NCBI GenBank assembly: GCA_963808625.1
Contig: CAWEHK010000033.1
Location: 32,001-96,000, forward strand
Reading direction: 5' to 3'
Origin: an uncultured delta proteobacterium
GTDB taxonomy: Bacteria > Desulfobacterota > Syntrophobacteria > Syntrophobacterales > Syntrophobacteraceae
DNA: 64,000 nucleotides
The position numbers and the translations under genes were made by a program. This document shows, in pieces, positions 21,483 through 34,184 of the stretch (position 1 is its first letter; each line of letters begins with the position of its first letter). The notes under the pieces are model-generated. The model saw only the letters and a program-made list of their open reading frames with translations, searched no databases and was not told where the DNA came from.

Positions 21483-21850
21483 AGCTGATGCCTTTTCGTA
21501 GTTTTTGATCACCGCTTGCACCTTATCCGCTTCCTCACGGCACGTCAAGTTATCCAGTTGTCCCCGAAGTCACGCGAAACCCTTTTTCATCCACGAATGG
21601 ACACGAAGAAACACCAAGCAGAGATGATCATCGATTTACTTCGGGGGGCAACCGCGAGGCTATCTGCCGCACCTCTGCGGCATCTCTCGGGAGGAACTGG
21701 AGAAAAGGCTGGAAGCTTATCAGGGCTCTCGTCGCCAGTCGGTCGCAGCTGATGGAAGACGTGACAGACCTTGCATAAGAGGCCTGTTGGCAAGACCGGC
21801 AGATCACGACACGGCCACCTCGCGCTCTCAGTGATGCGGGCGGCTCTCAT

Positions 21851-24800
21851 TCAATCATTGTCAGCGATATTGACAACCGCACTCCGTGCCGATGGGACGG
21901 CAGCGTACGCTGTGGTGTCCACAAGATTGAGCTCAACGGTCTCGATCCCCTCAGCGATCGCGTCGTCAATTGGTGTAAGGGTGACATCGATGGCGCTTGC
22001 TCCGGCAGGAATGGTTGTCGTCAGCGGCAGATTCGCGTAGTCCGTCCCATTCGTCGCCGTGCCCGTGAAAGTGCATTTTATATCTAATGCGGACCCGGTG
22101 CTTCCGGTACGACTGATCGTAAATTTACCTGCCTTTGGTCCCGCTTCCGAGGCGTTGGGGTCTGTGGCAACAACGCTCACTTTCGGCATGTTGTCCCCTA
22201 GAATGGTGACCGTTCCTTTGTTTGGTGTACCGATCTGGTAGGCCGTCTCGTTGGCTGCCAGGGAGAGAATGACTGTCTGATTAGGCTCCGTTTGGTTGTC
22301 ATCGAGTGGGGTTATGGTGATGTTGATTGATGACTTACCCTTTGGAATGGAGACGGTCTTGGAGAGTTTCTGGTAATCAACACCATTAACAGCGGTACCG
22401 GCAACCGTGTATTTAACTGCCAGGGCGTTCGCTGTGGTCCCTGTTCGGGAAACCTTCAACTTTCCGGCATTGTCCGGCTTTGCAGCGATGGCATCGAACG
22501 CGGATAAGGTGACCGTTGGCAGATCATTTTCCCGTATGGTCATGGTGGCATTGTCGGGGGAGCCGCAACGGTACTTCGCATTGTCCAGGAGAGTGACCAT
22601 TACGGTCTTGTTCCCTTCATATTCCGCATTGTCAATGGGTTTTACTTGGATGTTTGCCGAGGCTGAACCGGCGGGAATCGTAAGAGAGCCTGAGAGGTGC
22701 GTATAATCAACGCCGTCCGCTGCTGTTGAGCCGGTTGTTGCATATTTTACCGTGAGGGCTGAGGTCAAAGAACCGATGCGGGTGACGGTGAATCTTCCGG
22801 TGAAAGTGCCTGCCTCGGTGATGCTTTTGTCCTTGGCGGTGACTGTCACAGAGGGTTTTTCCGCATTCACGATCGTAACCTTGGCACTGGTCGGCGAAGT
22901 GAGGGTGTAAGAGGCATTAGCGGTGAGGGTGAGGTCAACCGTTTCATTGCCGTCATTTTCCTGGTTCTTGATGGGGATGATGTCAATATTTGCCGAGGAT
23001 TGTCCCGCCGGAATGGTGCCAGTGGCCAGAATGGTCTGATAATCGACGCCGTTGGCAGCTTTCCCTCCAATGCTGTAATTAACGACCAACGAAGAAGTGG
23101 TGCTGCCGGTTCGAGAGATTTTGAACTGTCCATTATCGACAACGATCGTGGACGCTTTTGGGTCGGCCGCGGTGATGCTCACCTTGGGAAGATCGTTGTC
23201 GGCAATAGTGACGGTGGCGGTCGGTGGTGGCGAACCAATCGTATAGGCTGCATTGGTCGAGAGGGTCACCACAACCGTTTCCGGACCCTCAAATTCGGTA
23301 TCGTCGATAGGCGTTACCTTGATAACCGCTGAGGAGGCTCCTGTCGGAATCGTCACCGAACCGGTGAGGGATTGATAGTCGGTTCCCTTTGTTGCCGTAC
23401 CGCCAGTGGTGTACTTGACGGCGAGCGCCGCCTTGGTGATGCCGGTTCGGGTAACGGTGAATTGTCCGGTGTCCGTGCCGGGTTCGGAAGCATTGGGATC
23501 GGTCGCAGCGAGCGTAATCGCAGGGAGGTCGTTATCAACGATAGTGACCGATGCGCTCTTGGAGGAGCCCAAGGCATAGCCGGCGCCGGAAGTAAGGGTA
23601 AGGGTGACGGTTTCGTCGCCTTCGTAGTCCGTATCTTCTATCGCCGTTACCAATATGGTTGCGTAGGCCTGATCCGCAGGAATGGTCACGGATGTGGATA
23701 GACTGTTGTAATCAACTCCATTTGTTGCCGTCCCGCCGACGGTATAGTTTACCACCGATTCGGAATGGTTGTTGCCTATCCGCGAAACCCTGAACTGCCC
23801 TTCGGCTCCCCCCGCTTCACTCGTGTTGCGGATGAGATAAATGGATACTTCAGGGTTTTCATCATCCACGATGATGGCGGTTGCCTGATTTGGTGAACCA
23901 ATATAATAAGAGGCGCTGTCGGAAAGAGAGAGGATGACCGTCTTATCAAGATCTACCGTAGTATTATTCAATGCGGTCACGATGATATCGACGGAAGACT
24001 GACTAGCCGCCATGGTCACAATTTCGGGAAGGGTGCTGTAATTGCCGCCCGGCACAGCGGTACCGCTCATTTTGTAGTTCACTATTAGAGGCGCACTGAC
24101 GTCTCCGGTGCGAGATATCGTGAATATAGCCGTGTCATTTCCGGGTTCGGAGGCAACAGCATCGGTGGCGACAACCGTCACCGTCGGCCATTCGTCGTCG
24201 AGAATATTGATCGTGTCAACGGCAGGCGTTCCGATTGTGTATCCCGGGTTGGCCGCAAGGCTGACGATAATCGTCTCGGTCCCTTCGTAGAGTGAATCAT
24301 CGATACTGGCTACCTGAATGACCGTTGTCGTTGGAGTCAGCCGGTATGGTCACCGTACCGGAGAGGGCATTGTAGTCGACACCGGGGTCTGCCGTCCCGG
24401 CAGTGCCATAGTGGACGGTCAGGGGCAAAGCGGTATTGCCCGTTCGACTCACCGTCAAGACCCCGGGGTCTGTTCCGCTTTCAAAGCTGTTAGCGACCGT
24501 AGTGGAGATAGTCACCGTCGGGAGGTCGTTGTCATGAATGACGACCATGCCGTCCTTTGGGTCACCGACCGTGTAGAAATCATCGTTTTTCGAAAGGGTG
24601 ACGATTACTATTCTGTCGCCCTGGTATCCCGTATCGTCTTTGGGAATGACGAGCAAGTCCTGGGAAGCGCTTCCTCCCGGAATAGTCAGGGTGCCGTTGA
24701 GCTTCTGAAAATCCGTACCATTCTTTGCCGTGCCACTGACTTGGTAGTTCACCTGCAGCAGACTGATCTGGGTCGAATTGCGAGTGATGGTAAATCTCCC

Positions 24801-27800
24801 ATTCCTCGGCCCCGTCTCAGATGCATTGTCATCCACCGTAACAATAGTCACGGTGGGGAGATCGTTTTCATTAATGTAGAGGGTGGCACTGAAGGGAGAA
24901 CCGATCTTGTACCAGCCATTGCTGGCGAGGGTAAGTGAAACGAATTCGCGATCTTCAGGGATGGTGTCATCGATTGGAACAATCTGGATCGTCGCAGACA
25001 AAGCGCCGTCAGGAAGGACCACAGACGAGGGGATATAGCTGTAATCGGCACCATTCGTGGCTCGTACCGCCGATGGTATAGAAGACGGTCAGCGCCCCCG
25101 TGGTGTTTCCTGAACGCGAGACCTTGAATTCACCCGGGTCAGAGCCCTCCTCTGCGGCACGATTGTCATTCAAGGTAAGGGTCACCGTGGGCAGATCGTC
25201 ATCGGCAATCGTGACGGTGGCGTTATCAGAGGAGGCGGGGTTATAGAGTTCGTTGGCCAGGAGGGCAAGCTTGACCGTCTCCGGCCCTTCCAACAGGGTG
25301 TCGTTGATGGGTGCTAAGGTGATCGTTGCGGAAGGCGAATTCGCCGGTATCACAAGTGAGCCGGGTAGTGCAGCATAATCAGTCCCATTCGTTGCGGTGC
25401 CGCCTATGCCATAATAGACGGTCAGCGGACTCGTTGTGATCCCGGTCCGGGAAACCGTAAAGAGGCCGGAAACCGCCGGTTCGGCTGCATTGGGGTTCGT
25501 GGCGGCGATGGCAACGATGGGGCGATCATCATCGGCAATGCTCACGGTCGCGCTGCTTTGGGCGGCGATTTTATAGTTTTGAGCGGGCGAAATGGTCAAA
25601 ACTACCTCTTCGATACCTTCATAGTCGGTATCTTGCAAAGGAGCAACCAACACCGTGGCGGACGCAGCATATGCTGGAATCGTTACCGGGCTGGTGAGCA
25701 GGGCATAGTCGGTGCCGTTGGCTGCACTTCCGCTGACGCTGTAAGCCACAACCAACGGATTGGTTGTGCTCCCCGTGCGATACACCGTGAACTGACCTGT
25801 ATCCGGCCCCTTTTCCGCAGCATTGGCATCGGTGGCGACAAGCGAGACAATTGGCCGTACGTCATCGGCAATGGTAATAGTGGCCTTGGGAGGGGCTCCC
25901 ACATTATAGGAAGCGCTGCTTGAAATGGTGACGATAACGGTCTCTTCGCCCTCGATAACATCATCGCTGATTGGTGTTAGGGTGATCGTTTGCGAAGGCG
26001 AACCCGCTGGAATTACAAGCGAGCCGGAAAGCGCAGCATAGTCGTTTACAGCAGTTGCCGTACCGCTGGTGGTGTAGTTGACAGTCAAAGAGGAGGTGGT
26101 AATGCCGGTTCGCGTAACTGTGAGCAGACCTGGATTCGGTCCCATTTCCGAAGCATTAGGGGTGGTCGCAGCGATGCTCACCGTTGGCAGGTCATTGTCA
26201 TGGATGGTCACCATCGCATTGTTGGGCGATCCCAGCTGATATGAAGAATTGCTTGCCAGTGCGAGTACGACGGTCTCGTCGCCCTCATATTCCCCATCGT
26301 CTATCGGCCTCACTGTGACATTGGCCGATGATGAACCCGCCGGAATGGTCACCGAACCGGGCACCGTATTAGGCACCGTCGTGTAGTCGCCACCATTCAA
26401 GGCCGCACCGGCGAGGGTATAGTAGACCACCAGCGAAGAACTGGTGATGCCCGTTCGGGTAATCATAAATTGCCCGGGATCAGTGTCGGTCTCGGAAGCG
26501 TTCGGATCCGTTGCGGTGACTGTTACTGTCGGCAGATCATTGTCAACAAGGGTAATTCTCGCACTATTGGGTGAAGCGACATTGTAGAGGGCGCTTCCGG
26601 AAAGGGTGAGGATGATCGTCTCGTTTCCCTCGTATTCGGTGTCATCAACCGAGGTCACCAGAACAGTGGCTGAAGGGGCGCCGGCCGGAATTGTCGCACT
26701 GAGGGGGAGGGGAGCATAGTCAGACCCGCTCGCCGCCGTTCCACTGACAGTCCAGTTAACCGCCAGGGCAGAGCTGGTAATTCCGGTGCGAGAGATCTTG
26801 AATTCGCCCTTCAGCGGTCCAGATTCAAGGAAAGAGGAAGTGGTCGCCGCGACGGTCACTGACGGCAGGTCGTTATCGACAATGGTCAGGGTGGCGCTGG
26901 CGGGAGAGCCAACTTTATAAGTAGAATTCAGCAATATGGTCAACACGACCGTCTCAGGACCTTCGAATTCCTCATCATCGACCGGTGTCACGGTGATGAT
27001 CGAGGAAGATGAGCCCTGGGCAATAGTGACGGTTCCGGAGAGTTCTTTGTAGTCGGTGCCGTTAGTAGCCGTGCCGCTCACAACATACTTGACCGTCAGG
27101 GGGTTCGAGGTGTTCTCGGTTCGGTAAATGGTAAAACGCCCGGACTCTTGGTCCGCTTCATAAGCGGAGGGATCAGTCGCCGCAGTCGTCACTATCGGCA
27201 AATCGTTGTCGACGATGGTGATGGTGGCCGTAACGTTGGGACCGAGATTGTAGGAAGCATTCGGGGACAGGGTGAGGGTGACGGTTTCGTCTCCTTCATA
27301 GCCCGAGTCGTCAATGGGGGTTACAAAAATACTGGCGGTAGCAGCACCGACTGAAAAGGTTACGGTGCCGAAAAGCTGTCCGTAATCGCTGCCTGACGTA
27401 GCGGTGCCGCCAGCGCTGTAGCTGACGGTCAGAGGCGCGCTGGTTATGCCGGTGCGGGAGACGCTAAATTGAGCCGATCCTGGGCCCTGTTCCGGAACCG
27501 TGGCAACGGTGGTGGCGAGGGTTACCGTGGGCAGATCATTGTCGGCAATTGTGACTGTGCCGCTTTTGGCCAAACCGAGGACGTAGGATGGAGCGGAAGA
27601 AAGCGTGACCGTAACCGTCTCATCCCCTTCGTAATCCAAATCATCGATGGGTTTTACGGAGATTGCGGTTGAAGAGGCAAAGGCTGGAATGGTCACCAAG
27701 CCGTCGATCGCCTGAAAATCAACACCATCGGCGGCGGTGCCGCTGAGGATATAGTTTACGGTTAGAGGCGAAGAATTTATTCCGGTGCGGGAGACAATAA

Positions 27801-30800
27801 GTTGAGCCGATCCCGGGCCTTGCTCCGGAACCGTGGGAACCGTGGTGGCCATGGTCACCACTGGCAGGTCGTCATCGACAATGATCACGCTCGCGCTGAC
27901 GGTGCCAAGGTTGTATGCACTCGAGGATAAGAGGATGACGGTGACCGCCTCGTCCCCCTCGTAATCGAGGTCATCGGTGGGTTTTACGATTATTGAGGCT
28001 GTTGCAACCCCGGCAGGGATGATAACTGAACCGGGGAGCTTCTCGAAATCGACGCCATTAGAAGCAGTGCCTCCGACGGCGTAATTCAAGGTTAGAGGAG
28101 AGGTGGTTATACCCGTTCGCGAAACAGTAAATTGCCCTGCTCCCAGGCCCTGTTCCGGGACCGTGGCAATCGTTGCTGCAATACTGACGGTCGGTAAATC
28201 GTTGTCAAGAATAGAAACCGCCGCAGTGTTCTGTAAGCTAACATCGTAAAGAGCTCCGCTGATGATGGTCAGTTCGACCGTTTCCGTACCTTCATAGGCC
28301 TGATCATCAATGGGGGAAACGGTGATGGTTAGCAGACGAAAGGCCAGCCGGAATGGTGACGGACCCAGGCAAGGAATCGTAATCCGCTCCGTTTGCGGCG
28401 GTCCCGCTGACCATGTAGTTTACCGTAATGGGTACATTCCTGGAATCTGAACAATTAATCGTAAATTGGCCTTTGTCTGCGCCCGGTTCGGATGCCACCG
28501 GATCGGTTGCGGTGACGCTGATCAGAGGTTTGGTCACGGTGATGTAGGAATTCTTGGTCAGAGTATCGGTCCCGCCAAAGCCGCTGACACTCAAACTCAC
28601 GGTGTAGCTGCCGGGCGAGGCATATATGTGGCCTGGGTTCTGAACGGTGCTCGAGTTGCCATCTCCAAAATCCCAGAACCAGCTTGAGAAAGCTCCTTCG
28701 GACGCATCCGTAAATTGAACCGTAAGAGGAAATGTGCCAATCGATTTATTGGCACTGAAATTGGCCAAAAGAGCGTTGAGTTTCGCTACGAAAGCGTCCG
28801 ATCCGGCAGTGTTAAAGGTCATGAATGCGTTCAGAGTGGCAGGAAAATCGAGAGACGAAGTCTTTCCGGTGACATAGACATTGCCGATGGTCCTCGCGGC
28901 AATGCAGTAGCCGATGTCGGCGGCACTGCCCCCAAGGTAGGTGGAGTAGTCGATTTTGTCTCCCGCGGCGCTGATTCTGGTGACAAAGGCATCGGAGCTT
29001 CCTCCACCGTAAATATTTTGGACGGCCTTGACGGTGGGGAAATTGCCGGAGGTTCTGCCGGCAGCGTAGGCGTTGCCATTGCTGTCGACGGCAATGGCGT
29101 AGCCGACGTCGCTGCCTCCGCCCCCGAGAAATGTTGCATAGGAAAGGGCATCTCCCTGGGAGGAGACCTTCGCCACAAAGGCATCGGCGTCGCCGCCGCC
29201 ATAAGTGCTCTGGATGGCATTGGTGTGGGGAAAGTTGGGAGAGGAAGTCTTGCCGGTCACATAAGCTTGGCGGCTGCCGTCAACAGCGATGCCGCGAGCA
29301 AAATCGGCATTGCTGCCGCCCAGAAAGGTCGAATAGGCAACCTGCCCGGATGTGCCCAGGATCTTCATGACAAAGGCATCGGCGTCTCCGCCACCGTACG
29401 TATCCTGAAACCCTCCGGGAACAGGGAAATCCGACGAAGCCGTCTCGCCGGCCACGTAAATACTTCCGTTATCGTCCAAAGCGATGGCATAAACAGAGTC
29501 GGCCTGGGTGCCTCCGATAAAAGTGGAATAAGGGACCGCTATTCCAAGATTGTTGAGTTTCACCACAAAAGCATCGGAATAACCACCGCCGTAAATGTGC
29601 TGCAAAGCGGACCCGAAGATGGGGAAGTCGGGGGATGAGGTCACACCACCGACATAAGCCTGGCCGAACTTGTCCACGGAAATACCTTGGCCAACGTCAT
29701 CAAGACTTCCTCCGAGATAGGTGGAGTAGATCAGAGCCGTACCGGTGGTGTTCAATTTGACCGCGAAGGCATCGGAATAGCCTGTGCTCCCGGGTGCATT
29801 GGGGAAGGCGCTGGCGGTTGTCGGAAAGTCGTCGGAAGCGGTTTCACCCGTTATGTAAGCGTAGCCGAGACTATCCACTGCAATACCGAGGCCGCTGTCC
29901 GTATCATTGCCTCCGAGGTAGGCAGAATATACGAGGGCGGTTCCCGTGGCATTGAGCTTGGTAACGAACACGTCCGCATCGCCACCTGCGTAGGGGCCAA
30001 GGCCCGGCATCGTGGTCGGCAAATTGGTGGATGATGTCTTTCCGGCAAAATAAGCATTGCCCTGCGCGTCAACGGCGATGGCATTGCCGGAATCGCTTCC
30101 GAGGCCCCCAAGATAGGTCGAATAAACCAGCACCGGGTCGATGATGAGAGGGTAATCTCGGTGGTAGGAAGCAATATCAAACCCAAAGATCAACTCCGTG
30201 TTCTCCGGTGATGTTCCGGGAGACCCGGGTTCAATATGGAACCCTCCTTCAACATCAAAACGTTTTCCGTTGATTTCCTGATAGACAACCGGTTTCCGAT
30301 GAGTCAGGCTCCCACCGTCGGGAAGCTGTAACCACAAATCTCCACCGGGGGTGATGCCGAAATCCTGAATGCCTTGGTATCCGAATCTAACCCGCGATGG
30401 ATCAGCGCCGGGTTTTACGATGACGTCGTATTCCAGGGCGTGGTTTGAACCGTAAAACTTGATGTCGACTCCGGGATAGGCTTCGTGATATACGACAGAC
30501 CCGTAAGTCGCGATGTTGGTCCTCCACTTCCCCGGATCCTTTCCGATAAAGTAGTTAACCTTGCCTTCCTGTTGCTGTTGACCGTCAATTCGACCGCCTC
30601 TCTGCATGCCAACGGGGAAGAGACGAACCCGCGAGAATTCGGGGCCTCTTCCTCTATTCGGGGAGCTCACCTTGTCGCCGGATCGAACCGGGGATCGGGC
30701 TTCGGATTCAGACAGGAGGGGGGCGAAGGATTTTTCGAAACTGAAAACCACGTCGTCTTCGGAGAAGAGGATGGAATGTCCAGGACCTTTTTCGTAATAT

Positions 30801-31084
30801 TTTACCCTGTCGGGGAGCTGCCCGTCATTCTTGATAAAATAGAGGGGAATTTTGCCATACATCCCAATTTGCGGTGGCGTATTCTCAATCACTGACAGGG
30901 CCGTGGAAAGCCCGAAGAAGATGAAAGGGCAGAGGAGTGTGATTAACAGGAGCAAGAGAAGGCTGCCCCTTGACCGGCCACGGAATAGATCAAGTCCCGT
31001 TAGGCATCTTCTGATAGCTTTCATTTTCCCCATCTCCTTTGGTTGCGATTTGCTTAAACTGGAATGAATCAAATGAGTGTCCAT
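21851..31084 (-). CDS. giant surface protein (~3000 aa): N-terminal TM/signal, SBBP beta-propeller repeats, PKD, ~20 Calx-beta repeats; split by frameshifts near 28320, 25040 and 24320
   Basis: YSTYLGG/IAVD/DAFV repeats, WFWDFGDG PKD, ~112-aa repeats with GTATNGxDY, YEGDETV and DNDLP; fragments collinear. Confidence 0.9.
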
Positions 31085-31097
31085 GATATTGAGTGCT

Positions 31098-32955
31098 CTA
31101 TTTCCCGCGGCCTGACGATATCAACTCTCTAATTCCCAACTCCTCCGCCCGCGACTCAACTCTTTGAACAATCGCGGGATCCATCACAATATCCTCGGGC
31201 CAGTCACGAAGGTGCTGGTCTTCAGGTCCTTTTTTTGTGGCATCGATGACGATACGGTTGTCCCTTCTAATAAGATCGCGCTTGGGATCGACGTTGTTGA
31301 AAACCTTCCATAACACCAATGAAGCATCCTTCAAATCGATGTAGCTGTCGTACAGGACGACTATGGAGAAGGCCGCCAAGGTCTCACAATTCAGTAGATC
31401 TTCGGCCACTTCGCGACCGTTATGTTTTCCGTCCTTCTGAAAGCTGAGAAGCAGCAAACGGTGCTTCGTATACAAACGGGGAACATGGAAAGTCACCAGC
31501 AGGGATGAGATTTCCCGCAGTGCATCGGCTATAAGCAATTCGGAGGGAATCGGCAGGGAATCACTCGGGCGGCGGCGATGCTTCTCCTCGGGTAAACGCC
31601 TGGTGGCGTCAATTCCAAGCTTCGCTCCAAAGAGGGGTTCGGGTGCACTGTGGTCAAGAACATCGAGAACCCCCTCGGAAACATAAAGATCCGATCCCAG
31701 ATCAACCTCGTTCAATAGGGTCTCGAGAACCTTTCGGGGTGAACCCAAATCCACCTCCGCATCCACCAGGACTAATGCTTTACAGAAGCTCATTTGTCCC
31801 TGTCCCCACAAGGCGCTCATGACCCGACGAGCATGTCCGGGATATTCCTTGCCCATGGAAATGACGGTGAGGTTGTGAAAAACCCCTTCCCACGGCATCC
31901 AGAAATCCCGGATTTCCGGCAGGACGGCATTGAGAAGCGGCAGGAAAATCCGTTCCGTCGCCTTGGCAAGATAGCAGTCTTCCATGGGAGGGCGCCCTAC
32001 GAGGGTGGCTGCAAATACCGGGTGATTTTCGGTGGGTCATGGCGGTGACGTGGAAAACAGGATATTCTCCGACCAGCGAGTAATACCCGGTGTGATCTCC
32101 GAATGGCCCCTCCAAACGCAGCTCAACAGGGTCCACATAACCTTCCAGAATGAACTCGGCTTCGGCGGGTACTTCCAGGTCAATGGTAAGACATTTCACC
32201 ATAGGAACCGATTTTCTGCGGATAAAACCGGCGAGCATCATTTCATCGATGCCGCGAGGAAGCGGGGCTGTGGCCGCGTAGGTCGTCGCCGGGTCCGTTC
32301 CAATCGCGACGGCTACCGGCATACGCTTACCCTCCTGACGATATTCCTGAAAGTAGTGAGAACCATCTTTATGGATGTGCCAATGCATGCCTGTGGTGCG
32401 CCGGTCGAAAACTTGCAGCCGATACATGCCGACGTTCCGTCGCCGCGTTTCGAGGCTGCGAGTAATCACCAACGGCAGCGTAATGAACGGGCCGCCATCT
32501 TGCGGCCAGCATTTCAGGACGGGCAGTTGCGAAAGGTCAACCTGCTCGCCGACAGCCACCACTTCCTGGCAAGGCGCTTTTCTCACCCTCTTTGGGCAGG
32601 AAACGGAGCACTTCCAAGCCCAGGGGAAGCAAGCGCAGGGCGTCCTTTAAAGACTTGGGCGGCTCCATCTGAACGAAGCGGCGCACGCGGTCGGCCAAAG
32701 CATCCAGATCGGGCACCCCAAGAGCCATGCAGATTCGTCGTTCACTTCCGAAAGCATTGGTCAGAACCGGAAATGGCGATTCGACCACGCGTTCGAACAG
32801 CAAAGCCTTTCCACCCCCCGAGACTCTTGGAGGCCAAATCGGTGATTTGAGAAATTTCCAGGTTCTCGGGAGACCGGGGCCTTGATCCTCTGCAGCTCAC
32901 CGGCCTTCTCCAATAAGGCGATAAATTCCTGAAGATTTCGATAACAATACGGCAT
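31098..32955 (-). CDS. UbiD-family menaquinone biosynthesis decarboxylase (frameshifted)
   Basis: CWPQDGGPFIT, NVGMYR, MHWHIHK, EGPFGDHTGYY, LDVLDH, GIDAT. Confidence 0.9.
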
Positions 32956-33032
32956 AAGTGATAAATGCCCCTCCTCTAAGTCCCTCTGGGAAACAGCTCT
33001 GAAGGCAACATGAATTCCAGAACAAGGCAAGG

Positions 33033-33959
33033 TCAAGTCATCCATGTGTCCAGGAGAACCGCCAAAAAAAGGAGCACGGACACAGCGCTGTTGATATGAA
33101 AGAAGGCAAAATTTACCTTATCCAACTGGTTTGGCTGGACCAGTTTGTGTTCGACGATGAGCAGAATGCAAATGAAGAGCAAAGCTCCGAGATAAACAGG
33201 GCCAAGATGAAAAACGAAAAAGACCAGAAACAGGAAAAATAAAGTGAGGCCATGCAGGACAGAGGAAATCTTCAAGGCCTGTTCAACGTCCCGGCAGGCC
33301 GGAAGCGAAAATAAACCTTCTTTGCGGTCGAACTCGATATCCTGACACGCGTAAAGGATATCGAACCCGGCAATATAGGTCATTAAAGCCAGGGATAGAG
33401 GCAAAATGCGCGCGTCCCATTCGCCCGTGCTGGCAATCCAGGCCCCTATCGGGGCAAGGCCAATGGCAAATCCAAGGACGAGATGGGAGAACGGGGTGAA
33501 ACGCTTCGTATAAGAGTAGAAAAAGAGCACCATGAGCACGGGGACCGAAAGGCCCAGACAAAGCCGCCCAAGCATACCGGCACTCAAAAAGAAGATAGAT
33601 GACGAAATCAAGACGAATACAAGTACGGACTTCTGGTCAATTTGACCCGCTGCAAGAGGGCGGGAAGAGGTCCGAGGGTTCCGGCGGTCGTATTCATGAT
33701 CCACATACCGATTGAATCCCATGGCAGCTGAACGTGCGGATGCCAAGGCAAGCAGGATCCACCACAAGACTGCGGACCCTATCGGACGCTGTCGATACGC
33801 CAGCAGCACGGCTGCCAAGGCAAAGGGAAGGGCAAAGACGGTGTGGCTGAATTTGATCAATCGACCGTAAATCAGCATGCGATTCATCAACGCAACCAAA
33901 TTTGCCCCTTTCTCGGAAAATCTTGTCCTGAGCCTCTCTTCTAGCCTTCTCCTGGTCAT
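33033..33959 (-). CDS. UbiA-family prenyltransferase (MqnP-like)
   Basis: IKFSHTVFALPFA, ARSAAMGFNR.D..YD..NPRT, GFDILYACQD. Confidence 0.9.
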   Translation of the reverse strand: MTRRRLEERLRTRFSEKGANLVALMNRMLIYGRLIKFSHTVFALPFALAAVLLAYRQRPIGSAVLWWILLALASARSAAMGFNRYVDHEYDRRNPRTSSRPLAAGQIDQKSVLVFVLISSSIFFLSAGMLGRLCLGLSVPVLMVLFFYSYTKRFTPFSHLVLGFAIGLAPIGAWIASTGEWDARILPLSLALMTYIAGFDILYACQDIEFDRKEGLFSLPACRDVEQALKISSVLHGLTLFFLFLVFFVFHLGPVYLGALLFICILLIVEHKLVQPNQLDKVNFAFFHINSAVSVLLFLAVLLDTWMT

Positions 33960-34184
33960 TGTTGCGTTTTTGTATTAGCATAACTTCTACACCAAGAAAA
34001 GGTTTCCAAAGGTTATTCCCTGTGGCGAGAGTTATAATGATTAATCAATATCGTGAATTCGACCGAACCCGGTATCGGGTCGTCGTCGTTGAAACGGTAG
34101 CAATTATCGGCGTGTGGTCTCCGTTGACAGAATCTTAGCCCATCAGCCCCAAGCTGTTGGATTTGATGGAATAATTGTGGTGAA

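Noticed and set aside
21851..28300. Repetitive DNA as a possible CRISPR or tandem array
   Set aside because: Repeats are diverged ~336-bp protein-coding Calx-beta units, with no repeat-spacer structure or cas genes
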